DNA from: Octopus vulgaris
Taxonomy: Eukaryota
Assembly: GCA_951406725.2 (NCBI GenBank)
Contig: OX597818.1
Location: forward strand, 128,650,001 to 128,714,000
Length of the DNA stretch: 64,000 nucleotides
Direction: 5' to 3'
In this document: one piece after another, positions 42,469-56,357 of the stretch
Layout of the letters: each line of letters starts with the position of its first letter
Numbering within the stretch: the first letter of the stretch is position 1
Notes under the pieces: generated by a model
Seen by the model: only the letters and a program-made list of their open reading frames with translations
Told to the model about the DNA's origin: nothing
Databases searched by the model: none
Made by a program: the position numbers and the translations under genes

Positions 42469-42951
42469 TATATATATATATTGAAAATTAATTCTAAATC
42501 AATTTTTCTGGGCAGATTGTTGACTGTATCTAAATAATAATGTATATTATATCTATCATTTTCTTTAATCTTTTGAAGTTTAATGATGATGCTACATGTG
42601 CCAGCCAGAGACCTGTCGTTGTCTCCTATTCCTTTGCTCATTGATTTTTGGGCCGTGGCACTAGATAAAACAGGATAATGTTAGACAGTTTTGTCTGATA
42701 TATCTTTAAGAACTACAAACAATCTCAGTTTCATTTTTAATTACTATTTTTTATTTACGATTTTTCTAAAGATGACAAAGATCTGCCTCTAAGAATGAAG
42801 AGGGAGCGGGGTGAATTTTCATTACTTTTTTCCTTTAGTATCCTGGTGTTTTCACTCAATTCCTCTTTTAGGGCATTGTATAATGAAGTCTGCACACATC
42901 GTTGATGATGAAAAATGGTGAACTGGTGTCATTTTTGCTGCTGCTTCTTCT

Positions 42952-42982
<31 letters not shown>

Positions 42983-44339
42983 TCCTCTGATCTGACCTGT
43001 TATGTGTTGTTTTAAAAGTTTACTACTTTTTATTTCAGCTGTAGGCTTCTTTTTTTTTTTTTTTCCTTTTTTTTTTCTTTTCTTCCCATTCGCTAGGAAC
43101 CATCAATTTCTTGCCTGGAACAACAGTGGGGATAATTTCTAAGTTTTATCTTTGTGTATATGTCAAAGAAAGAAAGAAGAGAAAGTTAGTGTGTGTATCG
43201 TGGTTATCCGTATGTGCATATCTGTGTGTGTGTGTGTGCATGTACACATGGTTGCCCATGTGTGTGTGTATGTATGTGTGTATATCGATGTTTTCTTTAT
43301 AGGCAACCGTGAAATGATTCTGGAATGGTGGCGATGTTAACAGTGTTGCTGGTGAAGTCAGCTGAATACTCTGTAATGGTGCACTAGAATATTCAATGAA
43401 TGCATTATAATATATGTATAACATACTAAATATAAAACAATATTTAATTTCCAGAGCCAAGATAAGCTACATTCATATCTTGGCTGTTAAATTACCTTAA
43501 TAATTTGATTGCTTATATTTTTTAAGTTATTTCAACTCTGGATGGCAGTACTTTATAATTGTGTCTAAAATTATTAAATTCTTTAAAAAAAAAAATGTAA
43601 CATATTCGCTAACTTTTTTTCTAATTAATGTTCAAACTATATTACTTTTCTTATTAACTGCAATACTTCTAAGTTTCACCTGCTTGTTGAAGGATTTTTT
43701 CCCCTTTTTCATTTTCATCATTCTGATTGGTTTATACTAAGAAGCTTTGTCACCGTTCAGCTTATTGAAGTAAATCAAACTTGTTATTATCATAATCGTA
43801 TAAATATTTGTAAATAGATTTTCAGAAGAGAGGTTTCAAGTAATATTTGCGGTCTTTTACTAAGTATTTATTCTTAACATACTGTTTTAGATTACAAGAC
43901 TATCTGTGGTTGCCACTGTCAAGAATATGCATCAGTATAGAGAAAATGCTTGTTGTTTATGTTTAACCTGAGATTAGCCCTGATCCTGGAGACCTTTAAC
44001 CAGATTTGTTCCAGCATGACTCTACTGTCCTTTATTTAGGCATAGTATTTTTAAGACTTCATCACCCAAAGAATTCTTTTTGAAAAATAGCAGGAGGGGT
44101 GGGAGACTTGCTTGTGACTCAGGATGATTGATACAGCTGACAGCTCAATTGCAATATCTTCATATTATAGCAGAAAATTAGCCTCTTTGTTTTGCCCCAT
44201 GAAGCCTAACAGCAGTTAATGGAGCATCACTCTGTAAATTAAGAGATTGTTTTATCAGGAACAGGAGTCAGACAAATGCAGACATGATCTTTAGTATTAT
44301 GACATTATCGTCGTCGTCATCATTATTATTTTTCTAAGT

Positions 44340-45190
44340 CTGTTTTTCTACGCTTGCATGGGTTGAACAGATCTTCTCCAGCACAACATCTCAGCATTTG
44401 TTTCCTTCTTTTGTCATCTCTTTCATGAAGCTCAGCCTCTTGGATTCAGCTTTCCCCACTTCTCGTGTCTTCCTCTTTCACAGGTTCCTTCCACTTGAAC
44501 TTTTTTTTTTACCCAACTCTCATCCTCTATATGCATCATGTTCGGATTAGCACAGCCTTTTCTTTTGCATGCTACTTCTGATTTCTTTTATATCCATTTT
44601 GCTCTCTTCTCAGCTTATTTGTGCTCATCCAGCAGAGCATGCTCACTTCAGTTGTATTCAGCATTAATACATCCCCTAAATTGAATACCCATGTTTCACT
44701 ATCATAACGTATATTGTATTTTTTATACAAATGTTATACAATCTGCCTTTCACTTCTTGCAAAGGAAGTAGCTCTGAGCTATTTCCATCCTATCTTTATT
44801 CTGTTTACTATGCTTTCAGAATACCCATCTCCACTGCTTAGATAATAGAAGCAATCAGTTGCTTCCAAACATTTGAAGAGTTTATTTTACCAATGCTCTT
44901 ACTCCTATGCATTTTCTGCATACTCAGTATTCTTTATATTGTTTCCACTATACTTCTTATACACACATAGCTAACATCGGATACATCATTCAGAATTCTT
45001 TTCTACTTATTTTCTGCATATTGAGCATGGTCATGTTCCAGATAGCAATAGAGTTTTGTCTTGTTTCCTTTTTAACTAAGACTTTTGTCTTAGCTAGATT
45101 TAGCCTCTTCAATAAAGCTTATGCTTTTGGAATTTCTTGTGTAAATCTTTGACAAATTTAGAGAACTGATGGCCTTGGAAATCTGGTTCA
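44340..45190 (-). mobile_element. Decayed RTE-like LINE remnant
   Basis: Only short minus-strand motifs (VKGRLY..., SETW) are recognisable; heavily mutated. Confidence 0.4.
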
Positions 45191-45302
45191 GTGGTTTTCA
45201 GTCATATAGTTAATATTTCATATCCTGTTGTTAGTACTGTATTGCATTTTTGACTAAAAGTCTCTAGATCTCACCGATTGAGGTTATCTGTAAATGGGTA
45301 CC

Positions 45303-45532
45303 TTTTTCTTTACTACCCACAAGGGGCTAAACACAGAGAGGACAAACAAGGACAGACAAACGAATTAAGTCGATTATATCGACCCCAGTGCATAACTGGT
45401 ACTTATTTAATCGCCCCCGAAAGGATGAAAGGCAAAGTCGACCTCGGCGGAATTTGAACTCAGAACGTAGCGGCAGACGAAATACCGCTAAGCATTTCGC
45501 CCGGAGTGCTAACGTTTCTGCCAGCTCGCCGC
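45303..45532 (-). mobile_element. SINE family A with about 15-bp TSD (ctgtaaatRggtacc)
   Basis: Reverse complement of family A; flanking direct repeat. Confidence 0.82.
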
Positions 45533-47172
45533 CTGTAAATAGGTACCATTTGAGGTCCAGCTGCACATTGCTATAAGCAGCTTGAACTCAAGTGTTTCGC
45601 TTTTGCACTGTGGAAATCACTCCAGTATATCATAAAAGCCAAGGAGTATCTCAACAGCCCTAAGACTAAGTATCAGTATCATATTTATCTTTGAAGAGCA
45701 AAATCTTTGTTTGGATTTTGTGTAGTGAATTAGGTTTGATGTTCAAGTTCTATGTATAAATTACATACAACATGGTGACTGTGAAAATGTGGTGTAATGT
45801 AGTGTTGACCAGTTGACTACAGTCATATGTTCATACCTTACTGATATAACCACTTCGGGCCTCAGAAGAAAACAAGTAACTCTGCTTTCTCCAGATGTAA
45901 AGACAATTGCCTCATCAAAATCCCCTCACCTAGTTAAGCATAGAAATAAACAATGGAATAATTTAAGTAAAATAATTACTGGAGAGGAACAAAGTATATT
46001 CAATATCTTTATCTTTTGAAATAAAATTAGCATTGAACTTGTTTGTCACCATCTTTATATTATTAAATATCCTTAAAATCCTTTAAAATGTTTTAGCCCG
46101 AAGGCTGCGGCCATGCTGGGGCACCACCGCTGTTTATTTTTTATTTAATTAGAACATATCTAAATGCTACTTTATGGGATTTCTTGTTTCTGAACATTGC
46201 CAAATAAAGTTGCACGTTAATGCATGATTATTATTAGTGCCAAATGTTTCTACAGACTTGGCTATCTGCTTCCAAACTCTCATAATGTTTGCATGTATCT
46301 TTTCTACTATCAGATTTTACTGTGGCTCGAATCATTATCGTTTATTTTTAAATCTTAAGTAAACAACAACAGCAAAATTTACTCTTGAACTAGGAAACTT
46401 CAGTCATATTTAGAAAATGCATGAAAATGTTTTTCTTTTTTTTTTTTTCTGTTGGGTTTTTAATGCTTATATCATTATTCTTTTTAATCTTATATTCTTC
46501 TTTAATATGACGACTGTTGTATGTGCAGCTCCTGTTTGGTGTAATCACCAGTTAGTTCACCATCATTTAGACAGATGAGAAAACTTGATATTGTGTGTAT
46601 GTATTGGTGTCCTATAATGTGTAATATGCCAGAGAATGTCAGGTTTTACATGAATCTGTTTTTGATTCTAGTTTAGTTTATTGTGTAAAATTTGCAACCT
46701 ATTAAAAAATATATTCAAAATTACATTGTTTTCCTCATTAAATATTGAAGTCTAGTTGTGAAAAAGAACAAAATCAAATGAAAATTCGTTCACTGCTTAT
46801 ATATTGGTCACCAGTTTACATTGTGTGCTGACTTCACACTTCTTTTTTTTTTAATATTTTGTCTTATCTTAGCTCATGTCACCCATAAGCACCTTAGCAT
46901 AACTGAGACTGTGAAGGGTTGATCGAAAACCCTAATGGAAACTTGCTTTCCTCTCTACTTCTTCTAATACTACTACTACTGCAGGTTTTCAGCAACACCT
47001 TGGGAATTATATGGCACAATTACTACTACAGTTTACTAACAGTAGCATAGCAGTTGCCTATAATTCTATTGTTCTTTATTTGTCTTCGTTTTGCTTTCTT
47101 CACTGTTAAATTGATATATTTGTGAGTAATGTCCCTTCTCATTTGTTTTTTTTGTTTTTTGTCACCATTTAG

Positions 47173-47244
47173 GAAGAAGAGGAAGCGATGAATACAGAAA
47201 AAGAGCCTACGCATTTTTCTGAATTGGATCCCAAAACAATGAAA
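47173..47244 (+). CDS. CCAR1: CCAR1 exon (EEEEAMNTEKEPTHFSELDPKTMK), start of the SAP domain
   Basis: tttag acceptor, AAA|gttagt donor, 24 codons; PTHxSxLDPKTMK motif. Confidence 0.94.
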
Positions 47245-47481
47245 GTTAGTATCAATAGGTTCTTATTATTTCAAAACATAATTAAACTTGATATATAATG
47301 AAATAGTTCCTTATATTTTATTTTTTTTAAATTAGTGTATATTTTTAAACTCGTATATATAATTTTGTTGCCTAGAGGTACAGTAGCTGTGAGTCTGGGT
47401 CATTGAGAGTTAAATGTCTTTGCCAGATATATAACTCAAAGTGCCACTGGAGACAATAGTATTAATTTTTTAATTGGATTC

Positions 47482-47665
47482 TTAACCCCTTACCCGGCAG
47501 AAACGAATATATGCGTTTTGACCTAAATCGTTTTTTTCTATCTCTGGCGAGTTAACTTGTGAAAAGATAGACTCGCCAAAATCGACAATTAAAAAATAAA
47601 ACAATTAAAAAATATGTCTGAAAAAATACATGTATTTCCAAAATAATTGTTGGGTAAGGGGTTAA
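47482..47665. mobile_element. piggyBac-type MITE, third family
   Basis: TTAA-CCCCTTACCC ... GGGTAAGGGG-TTAA. Confidence 0.7.
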
Positions 47666-47943
47666 TAAACAATATAATCTTGATTTATTTTTTTAATAGG
47701 ATACATACTATAGACCCTTTAATTATTAGACCAAATTTAATTGCTAATTAATAAATATATTCATTAGTGCTATAGAATGTTATTTACCAACAAAGTGACT
47801 AAAACAGCAAGATTTTGTCTATATCCATATGAAATGGAGAATATCATGTTCTTGTCCTTTATCCTAGCCTAACAAAGATTTATCAGAAATTCTTTCAAGT
47901 ATCTTTTAACATAATCTGTACATTTGACATAATCTGTTCACAG

Positions 47944-48084
47944 ATTGTTGATCTACGCCGAGAACTGGAAGATCGGAACTTGAGTTCTAAAGGATTGAAG
48001 TCACAGCTAATAGCTCGACTGACAAAAATTCTGAAAAGTGAGAAGGAGGAAGAAGAAGAATTAGAGAATAACAAAGCTGCAGCA
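47944..48084 (+). CDS. CCAR1: CCAR1 exon, SAP domain (IVDLRRELEDRNLSSKGLKSQLIARLTKILK...)
   Basis: cacag acceptor, GCA|gtgggt donor, 47 codons; canonical SAP pattern. Confidence 0.95.
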
Positions 48085-48532
48085 GTGGGTTTTCTTTCTT
48101 TCTTTTTTTTTCTTCTTATTTTAATATTCAGAAAGGAAGGGGATGGTAGAATCTGTAGAGTGTCAGACAAATTATATTGCAATATTTTGCTATCATCATC
48201 ATCATCATCATCATAATTTAATGTCTGTTTTCCATGCTGGCATGGGTTGGATGGTTTGACAGGAGCTGATCAGCTGAAGGACTGTTTTGGCATGGTTTCT
48301 GCAGCTGGATACCCTTCCTAATGTCAGCCTCTTTACAGAGTGTACTAGGTGCTTTTTATGTAGCACCAGCGTTTACAAACCTGCAAGATTAGGGATGTCT
48401 CTTTTAATGTGAGTTCAAATCTTGCTGAAATAAACATTACTTTTGGACCTTCCAGAATGGATAAAATAAGTCAGATTAATCAAGTAATCTAATTGACTTT
48501 ATCTGGCAGGAAAAATTTGCTTTATTATACCT

Positions 48533-48840
48533 ATTTCTTTATTACCCACAAGGGGCTAAACATAGAGGGGACAAACAAGGACAGACATAAGTATTAAGTC
48601 GATTACATCGACCCCAGTGCGTAACTGGTACTTAATTTATCGACCCCGAAAGGATGAAAGGCAAAGTCGACCTCGGCGGAATTTGAACTCAGAACGTAGC
48701 GGCAGACGAAATACCGCAAAGCATTTCGCCCGGCGTGCTAACGCTTCTGCCAGCTCGCCGCCTTTCACAAAGAAACGGCAGACGAAATACCGCAAAGCAT
48801 TTCGCCCGCCGTGCTAACGCTTCTGCCAGCTCACCGCCTT
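48533..48840 (-). mobile_element. SINE family A with a duplicated 5' head; TSD aatttgctttattatacct
   Basis: The head segment ggcagacgaaataccgcaaagcatttcgccc...gcc appears twice, and the TSD encloses both. Confidence 0.82.
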
Positions 48841-50507
48841 ATAATTTGCTTTATTATACCTGTATGGCAATGACTCACAGTGTGTCAGATAAATTGCCTG
48901 ACAGTATTTAGATATATTCCGTTATGTTTTAAGTTCAGACCCATTGAAGTTGATTTTTATGCATTTTGTGACCTTTTACTGAAGTTAAATATTATTTTAT
49001 ATTTGTAGTGTATTCTTGTGTGCTGTTAGGTTTTTATTTAGAGGAAGATAGTTTAGATATTCATCATCATCATCATTATCATCGTTTAACGTCTGTTTTC
49101 CGCGCCAGCACGGGTTGGATGGTTCGACCGGGGTCTGGGAAGCGAGAAGGCTGCACCAGGCTCCAGTCTGATCTGGCAGTGTTTCTACAGCTGGATGCCC
49201 TTCCTAACGCCAACCACTCCGCGAGTGTAGTGGGTGCTTTTTACGTGCCACCTGCACAGGTGCCAGGGGAGTCTGGCATCGGCCACGATCGGTTGGTGCT
49301 TTTAACGTGCCACCGACACGGAAGCCAGCCAAGGTGGTTATAGTAACAAAACTTGTATCCCATCATTTCATGTACTTAGTGGAATGTACTGGCTTAAGTA
49401 CCAATCCAGAGTGATGGATTGATAGAACTTTTCGGGGATTGGAGGGGAAGCTTTGCATTATCTATTCTGACTCTTTGCATTCTGACAGTAACACCTGCAA
49501 AAAATACTCTGCCAAGGTGTATTGGTCTATCAATGTCATTTCCTTTCAATGAACAACATAAACAATGGCATATTCAGAGGAGAGGCTTGCATGCATGAGC
49601 AACTGCTTTTCTTCCTCAAAAATTCTTGCCCAGGCCCACACACACACACATGCTGATACATGGGCAGCACTGACCAAAGGATGCCTTACATGATAACATG
49701 ACTACATCAACATTATCATGATAAAACCAGTGTTGAGTAATTCAGTGGCTATTTAGTAGAACTATTGCTTTAATAACTATACTGTCATTACTACTACCAC
49801 TACTACCACGTAACCTCAACCATTCTGTGAAATGTATATTGCAAATTCTATCTAACAATGATAATAATAAGTAGTAGTAAAGTTTTACTGTCTAGTCCAG
49901 TGTTTCATTATTTGAAGCTGGTATCATATACCACTGACTTCTTGAACAGTTTCCAGAATACTGTGATGGCAGTAGCTGTGAACTTTTATATTTATTTTCT
50001 AGTGTCCCCCACTGTTCTTCACCTTGTACTGTTGACCATAATGTTTAACAGGACATTGATGTTACATTGTTATTTTACCATAATTCACGTAGCTGGTTAG
50101 AAGCTGTTTATGTATTTAGGAGAGAGAGTGCATGCAGTAATAGCTATGTCTCATAATACATTTGGGTCCTGGGACACCATCCTCAACTTTGGGCTCTTGT
50201 GTTAAAACAAAGAAATTTATACCAGGAGTCCTTTTAAATGATTCCGCAAGGTCCTAGCTGTGTAAATTTACTACAGTCTACACCTTCCATAATTCATCTT
50301 TTGTTATGTAAACTGTTCCATATAAGTTTGAGTATATGTGTTGTGAGAAAGCTATTTCACAGGCCCAGGGATTAAATTTGTGTCCTTTCCTCATTTGTTA
50401 GATAGTGACACTTCTGTAAAATGTAAACACACATACAGACATTTAGGTTTATGAAGCATTGTAGCTAAAATAAGGCCAAGTTTTAAATTTTTACTCTTTT
50501 GAAACAG

Positions 50508-50582
50508 GAAGAAGCTGTCAAAAAACAGGAAGAGTTTCATAAACTGGAAATTGAAGACAAAGATGACAAGAAGAAGAAAGAA
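50508..50582 (+). CDS. CCAR1: CCAR1 exon, charged linker (EEAVKKQEEFHKLEIEDKDDKKKKE)
   Basis: aaacag acceptor, GAA|gtatgt donor, 25 codons, purine-rich, phase 0/0. Confidence 0.85.
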
Positions 50583-51139
50583 GTATGTTTTTTTGTTGTT
50601 TTTTGTTTTGCTTTGTTTGTTTCTTTAGAAATTGTTTTTATATTTGGATACCTTTAAACTCAATTATGAAGCTTTTGTGTGACCCAGGTGTCAGCCCTGT
50701 TGCAACAGTCCAGTGATCAAAGGTGTTTTGATCATACTTATATATCCTGTTTGATAATGGTTACATCAAGAGGAGTTTCCAACTATAATAGTAATGCCTG
50801 TACCTGTGCACAAGATAAAATAAAAGGATAAATATGTATAATATCCTGCATAATTGTTTGATAAATAGATATTGCTTGATAATCAGGTAATTATAAATGA
50901 CTGAGCAACCTTGTTGATCTTTTCCATGAAAATTTGGTGCATTTGGCTTACAGTTGATCTGGCAGAATATTTATTTTATATTCTCTACTTCCCAGAATGA
51001 CACTGCTTCACTTGTGTGATGGACTCTCCCATCAAAGATAACATAGGAGCATTTAGCTTTGGCCAAACGACCTGCATGAATAAGTTGTTTATGGTGATCA
51101 AATGTACTAGCAGTATCACCCAGCATTGCTTGGGTTTGT

Positions 51140-52430
51140 TTCGACTCTTTAGAATTGGAATTTTTGAAAAGTAAAAATTTTGCACTATGTAGCTTATTCT
51201 CTTTAAGTGAACATTTTTCTGGTTGAAATACACCAAAAAATAGTGACACAGCAGACAAAAATCGTAAAAAATAGGGATTTTCGTAGAGAAAAAGCACCTT
51301 TTTGATGTAAATAATTTTTGGTGTTAACATGGTCCAATTTGAATTTTTTCTTCTACGGAAGGAAGAGCAAGCCTTCTAAGAACATCTCTTATGATAAAAG
51401 GCAGATTTTCTCTGCCTGTTCCCATGTTTCTTTTTAATACAATTCTACAATATAGAATTTCTTCAATTGGAATTTACCTATGATTTTTCAAAGTAGATTC
51501 AATTGGGTCATGGCATATAAAGTTTTTTCAATTTGACCCCCAATTATGCAAAAATTCGATAAAACTCAATATTTTACGATTTGCCTCTCTCATTTCAAGT
51601 GCTTCACTCCTTCCATTACCACCACACTTTCTCCTACTTTCTCTTTGCAAGTGTGAAACTATTAAAGTGAAAGTATTATATAACAGGGATGAGCCATTAA
51701 TAGTGGTCATCCTTTTTGCTAGAAGAAGATCCGCTATGGTCTTATATGCTACACCACTGGTTTTCAAATCATATTAATCAAGTTAATATTCAATTTTTCA
51801 CCCTTATTATGTGTGTGTGTGTGTGTATTAGCAATTCGTATAAAATTGCATCAATGACTTGAACTTGAATAAGTGGTTTCACATAAATGGGGATAAATTA
51901 AAAAGGTTTGTTGTTATTATTATTACTGTTTGACTATTGTAATCACGTTTGTTGGTTCCTCGTCAGGGAAACGTTGTTGTGTTGCATTTGTTAAATAATT
52001 GTAAACCGTAACCCTCCCCCTTTCGGAGAAGGGGCTTTGGTTATTGTGGAAATGAATTGTCGACATATGGCCTGCCACAAGCATTCAGGTCAGGGTCAAA
52101 TAGCCTTCCCACTGCTGTCATTCGTGAAACAACCTACGACACTCAAGCGCTTTCAAAGTACATTGTTGAAAATGAGCCTAAATTACTTCCGGACCAGCTG
52201 CAGGCCTACAGAACTATTCTTAACAGTGTACGCCAACGCGAGGGACGAATCTTCTTCCTCGATGCTCCTGGAGGGACAGGAAAAACATTTATTACAAAGC
52301 TTCTCCTTGCAGAAGTTGGGTAGCATCAGGACATTGCAGTAGCTGTAGCCTCCTCTGGCATTGCAGCTACTTTGTTACCCGGTGGCAGGACAGCACACTC
52401 AACTTTTAAACTCCCTCTCAATTTAGCAGC
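51140..52430 (+). mobile_element. Helitron relic including a PIF1-like helicase fragment (52057-52425)
   Basis: IFFLDAPGGTGKTF (Walker A)...*...AVASSGIAATLLPGGRTAHSTFKLPL, the Helitron helicase signature, with an in-frame stop. The non-coding extent is uncertain. Confidence 0.85.
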
Positions 52431-52720
52431 ATGTAAATGCTCAATAAGATATCTGTGCAACATTGAAATGTAAGGTGATAGTGCTTTTGTAAAATATGCA
52501 CAGTATCCATGAGAGTTAACATTCTTTTGTTTTTCTTTTACTATTATTATTATTATTATTTACTTTTAATCTACATGTTTGTTACAATCACTTGCCTAGA
52601 CACATCCAGTGTCTAAGGGTGAATGAAGGATAAGAGATGTTACAGTATGACTGAAAGCTTGGGGAGGGATAGTGGCAGGGAAAGTAGCGAAATACCTTCA
52701 TGTTAATACAACACAAACAT

Positions 52721-52984
52721 TTAAATGGATAGGGTTTTCCTAACGTTATGGGCAGTACTTGTCAGCGCAATCTTTTGGATTTCTCTGAGATATGGTTCTC
52801 CTGGGATATTATCTAGATGTTTCTGACATCCCTTTCTTATACCTAGGGCACCCACAATAACAGGAACAGTTCTCACTTTAAGATGCCACATCTTTTGTAT
52901 TTCACTTTCCAGGTCCTTATATTTACTTAATTTGTCAAATTCTTTTACAGGTATATTTTTATCAGTGGGAACACTTACATCTAT
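52721..52984 (-). mobile_element. Non-LTR retrotransposon restriction-like endonuclease fragment (R4/Dong-like)
   Basis: Minus strand IDVSVPTDKNIPVKEFDKLSKYKDLESEIQKMWHLKVRTVPVIVGALG...IQKIAL. Confidence 0.75.
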
Positions 52985-53891
52985 TTTCTTCCCTGTCTTT
53001 TATTGTTGTTGTTGAGGAAGAGGAGGAGGAGGTAGCAAGCTGGTAGAATCGGTAGCACACCAAGCAAAATGCTTAGCAATATTTTGTCCATCTTTACGTT
53101 TTGACTTCAAATTCCACCGAGGTTGATTTTGCTTTTTATCCTTAAGGGGGTTGATAAATTAAGTACCAGTTGTGTACTGGGGTCAATCTAATCGACTAGC
53201 CCTGTCCCCCAGAATTTCAGTCCTTGTGCCTTTAGTAGAAAGGATTATTATTATTACCTCCACCTTAACAAAGGCGGGAGTATTGTTTTAAGTTGTGTTT
53301 GTTTGTCTGTGGACAAGATATCTCAAGAGCTGCCGGATGGGTTTGGATGAAACTTTCAGGGATGTTTGGCCTCATGACTGACATGAACTGATTAGATTTT
53401 GGGATTGATCTGGTACCAGACAAGGATTCTGGATTATTTTTCCTGTTCTTTTACTTAAGTTTTGAGAGTGATCAGGTTCATTTTTAGTATTCTCATTTGT
53501 GAGAGCAGCCAAGTTTATTTCATATATTCTCATTTTAAAAATCATCTCCAGCTAATCATTGAGAGGACATTGGTGTTGCCTTGGTGGAGGTTTGCACTGA
53601 GTGCTCTTGTTATTATTATTATTATTATTATTTATTATTAGCAAGCTACCAGAAACCTTAACACTCTGGTCAAATTGCTTAGCAGCATTTCTTGATGTTC
53701 TGATTTCAAATTCCACTGAGGTCAACTTTGCCTTTCATCTTTTTGTGGTCAATAAAACAAGTACCAGTTGAGCACTGGGGTTGATGAAATCAACTAAACC
53801 CCTCCCCCAAAATCTCAGATCTTGTGCCTACAGTGGAAAGGATTGTTGTTGTTGTTGTTAGTGTTAATATCAGTGTTATTATCTTTCTCAG

Positions 53892-54083
53892 GAAGAGGAG
53901 AAAAGGCGACGAGAAGAAAAAGAGCAAGCCATGATGGAACGCAAGTACAATCTGCCTGATAAACCCTCCATTATAGTCCACCCGTCAACAACTGCAAAGG
54001 GCGGCAAGTTTGACTGCACTGTCATGTCGCTTAGTGTCCTGTTGGATTATCGCCAAGAGGATAATAAAGAACATTCCTTCGAG
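53892..54083 (+). CDS. CCAR1: CCAR1 exon (EEEKRRR...ERKYNLPDKPSIIVHPSTTAKGGKFDCTVMSLSVLLDYRQEDNKEHSFE)
   Basis: ctcag acceptor, GAG|gtaagc donor, 64 codons; highly conserved CCAR1 block. Confidence 0.96.
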
Positions 54084-54699
54084 GTAAGCAAATCCTTCTA
54101 TCAGTCTTGTTCCTCTTTGCCATAAATTATTTCATGGTGCTGTTTAGCCCCAGGTCACTCCTGAATAAGTACACCTTTGATTGTGAGCATTCCAGCTTTA
54201 ACCATCTAATATGACATTATAACTATGTAGTCTTAGATTCTTTAAGATGGTTAGGTTGTATTTAAATTGGCCATATCTGGTCCAAAATAGTCTACCAACT
54301 CCAGCCTCTCACACCTACCCTACTATGTCATTCTAAAAATAAATAGTCACATCATTGAAATCTTGAAGCTTTAAGAAAATGCATAATTAATTCAAAACGA
54401 TGTAAGTAAATAAATAATCATTAGATTTGATAGAGTAATCTGAATGTAAAAGAGTTTAGGATAAATTTGGCTGGTGTTTCTAATACATTAAGTGATCTAA
54501 GATCACCTACATTTTTTCCCTTGCAGTGTAAAATTAATAGCCTTATACTCTTGCTTTGTTGTTGGTTTTTCTGTTTTCTGGATGTCAATATTAAGTGGTC
54601 AATGGTTAGGGCCAGGGAATAGAGAGGAGATAAAGAACATGCAGAGCTGAACCCTCTACCATATGCCTATATATGGGCATAAAACTGGTTATAGTATAA

Positions 54700-55057
54700 G
54701 GGAGGTTAAGTAGCTTGCTTACCAACTACATGGTTCTGGGTTCAGTCCCACTGTGTGGCACCTTGAGCAAGTGTCTTCTACTATAGCCTCAGGCTAACCA
54801 AAGCCTTGTGAGTGGATTTGGTAGATGGAAACTGAAAGAAGCCTGACATATATATATGTTTGTGTGTCTGTGTTTGTTTCCCTACCATCGCTTGACAACT
54901 GATACTGGTATGTTTACGTCCCCATAACTTAGTGGTTCAGCAAAAGAGACCGATAGAATATGTACTAGGCTTACATAAGTTCTAGGGTCTATTTGCTCAA
55001 CTAAAGGCAGTGCTCCGGCTTGGCCGCAGTCAAATGACTGAAACAAGTAAAAGAATA
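54700..55057 (+). mobile_element. SINE family B
   Basis: Matches 11815-12187, more diverged. Confidence 0.78.
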
Positions 55058-55269
55058 ACTGAAGTATTAATGCATGAAGCGAAGGCAATAAGAACTCTTA
55101 GTTTATGAATATGGATTAAAACAAGTTAGACTGAAACCAAAGTAAAACTGGATTAAAATTGGATGAATACAATTGAAAGAACTTGATAATGGTGACTGAA
55201 AAGTTCTAATGATGCAGTCTCATCCAAACCATGTCAAATATAGAAATATAGATTTAAAATCTATCTTAG

Positions 55270-55688
55270 TGATGGGGTTCGTGTCCGTTGCCAGCCTCGC
55301 CTGGCCCCCGTGCCAGTGGCACGTAAAAGCACCATCCATTTGTGTCTGTTGCCAGCCTCGCCTGGGCCCCGTGCCGGTGGCACGTAAAAGCACCATCCAT
55401 TCATGTCTGTTGCCAGCCTCGCCTGGCCCCCGTGCCGGTGGCACATAAAAAGCACCATCCGTTCATGGCTGTTTGCCAGCTCTGTCTGGCACCTGTGCAG
55501 GTGGCACTTAAAAAGCACCCACTACACTCACGGAGTGGCTGGCGTTAGGAAGGGCATCCAGCCGTAGAAACACTGCCAGATCAGACTGGGCCTGATGCAG
55601 CCTTCTGGCTTCACAGACCCCAGTTGAACCGTCCAACCCATGCTAGCATGGAAAGCGGACGCTAAATGGTGATGATGATGATGATGAT
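55270..55688 (-). mobile_element. Family C repeat
   Basis: Near-identical inverted partner of 57264-57567. Confidence 0.8.
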
Positions 55689-56108
55689 CTCAAGCAGTTT
55701 TGTTCAGCCCATGCAAACATGGTAAAATTAATGATGATCTTGTGTATTTTGTGTGTCTGTGTTTGTCTCCCTACTGATATTGGTGTGTTTACGTCCCCAT
55801 AATTTAGTGGTTCAGCAAAAGAGACCGATAGAATAAGTACTGGGGTCTGTTTGCTCAACTAAAGGCAGTGCTCCTGCTTGGCCGCAGTCAAATGGCTGAA
55901 ACAAGTAAAAGAATATATATTGCTTTATCCACAAATAAACATGGTTTATCAGATAGCATTTTGATGATAGTACAAAGCTATTGCAGCAGATTTGTAGGCA
56001 TTGTACAACATAAGATCTTGGGGGTAAAATCGATATTGAGAGAGACAATTTGAGATGAGACCAAGGCACATAAAATCATACTGTTTTACTAATCTGTCAG
56101 TTATGCTT

Positions 56109-56357
56109 GTAGGAAAAATGATTGTTCATATTTAACCTCTGCTAAGTCATATCAAGCAAATGTATAATCAAATGTGTTCCAACCATGACCATCAATTCAT
56201 TTTTTTTCTTTTATTTTTATTTCTACACTGCTAGTAGGAAAAATGATTGTTCATATTTAACCTCTGCTAAGTCATATCAAGCAAATGTATAATCAAAGGT
56301 GTTCCAACCATGACCATCAATTCATTTTTTTTTCTTTTATTTTTATTTCTACACTGC
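56109..56357. repeat. 125-bp direct tandem duplication
   Basis: gtaggaaaaatgattgttc... at 56109 and 56234. Confidence 0.9.
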
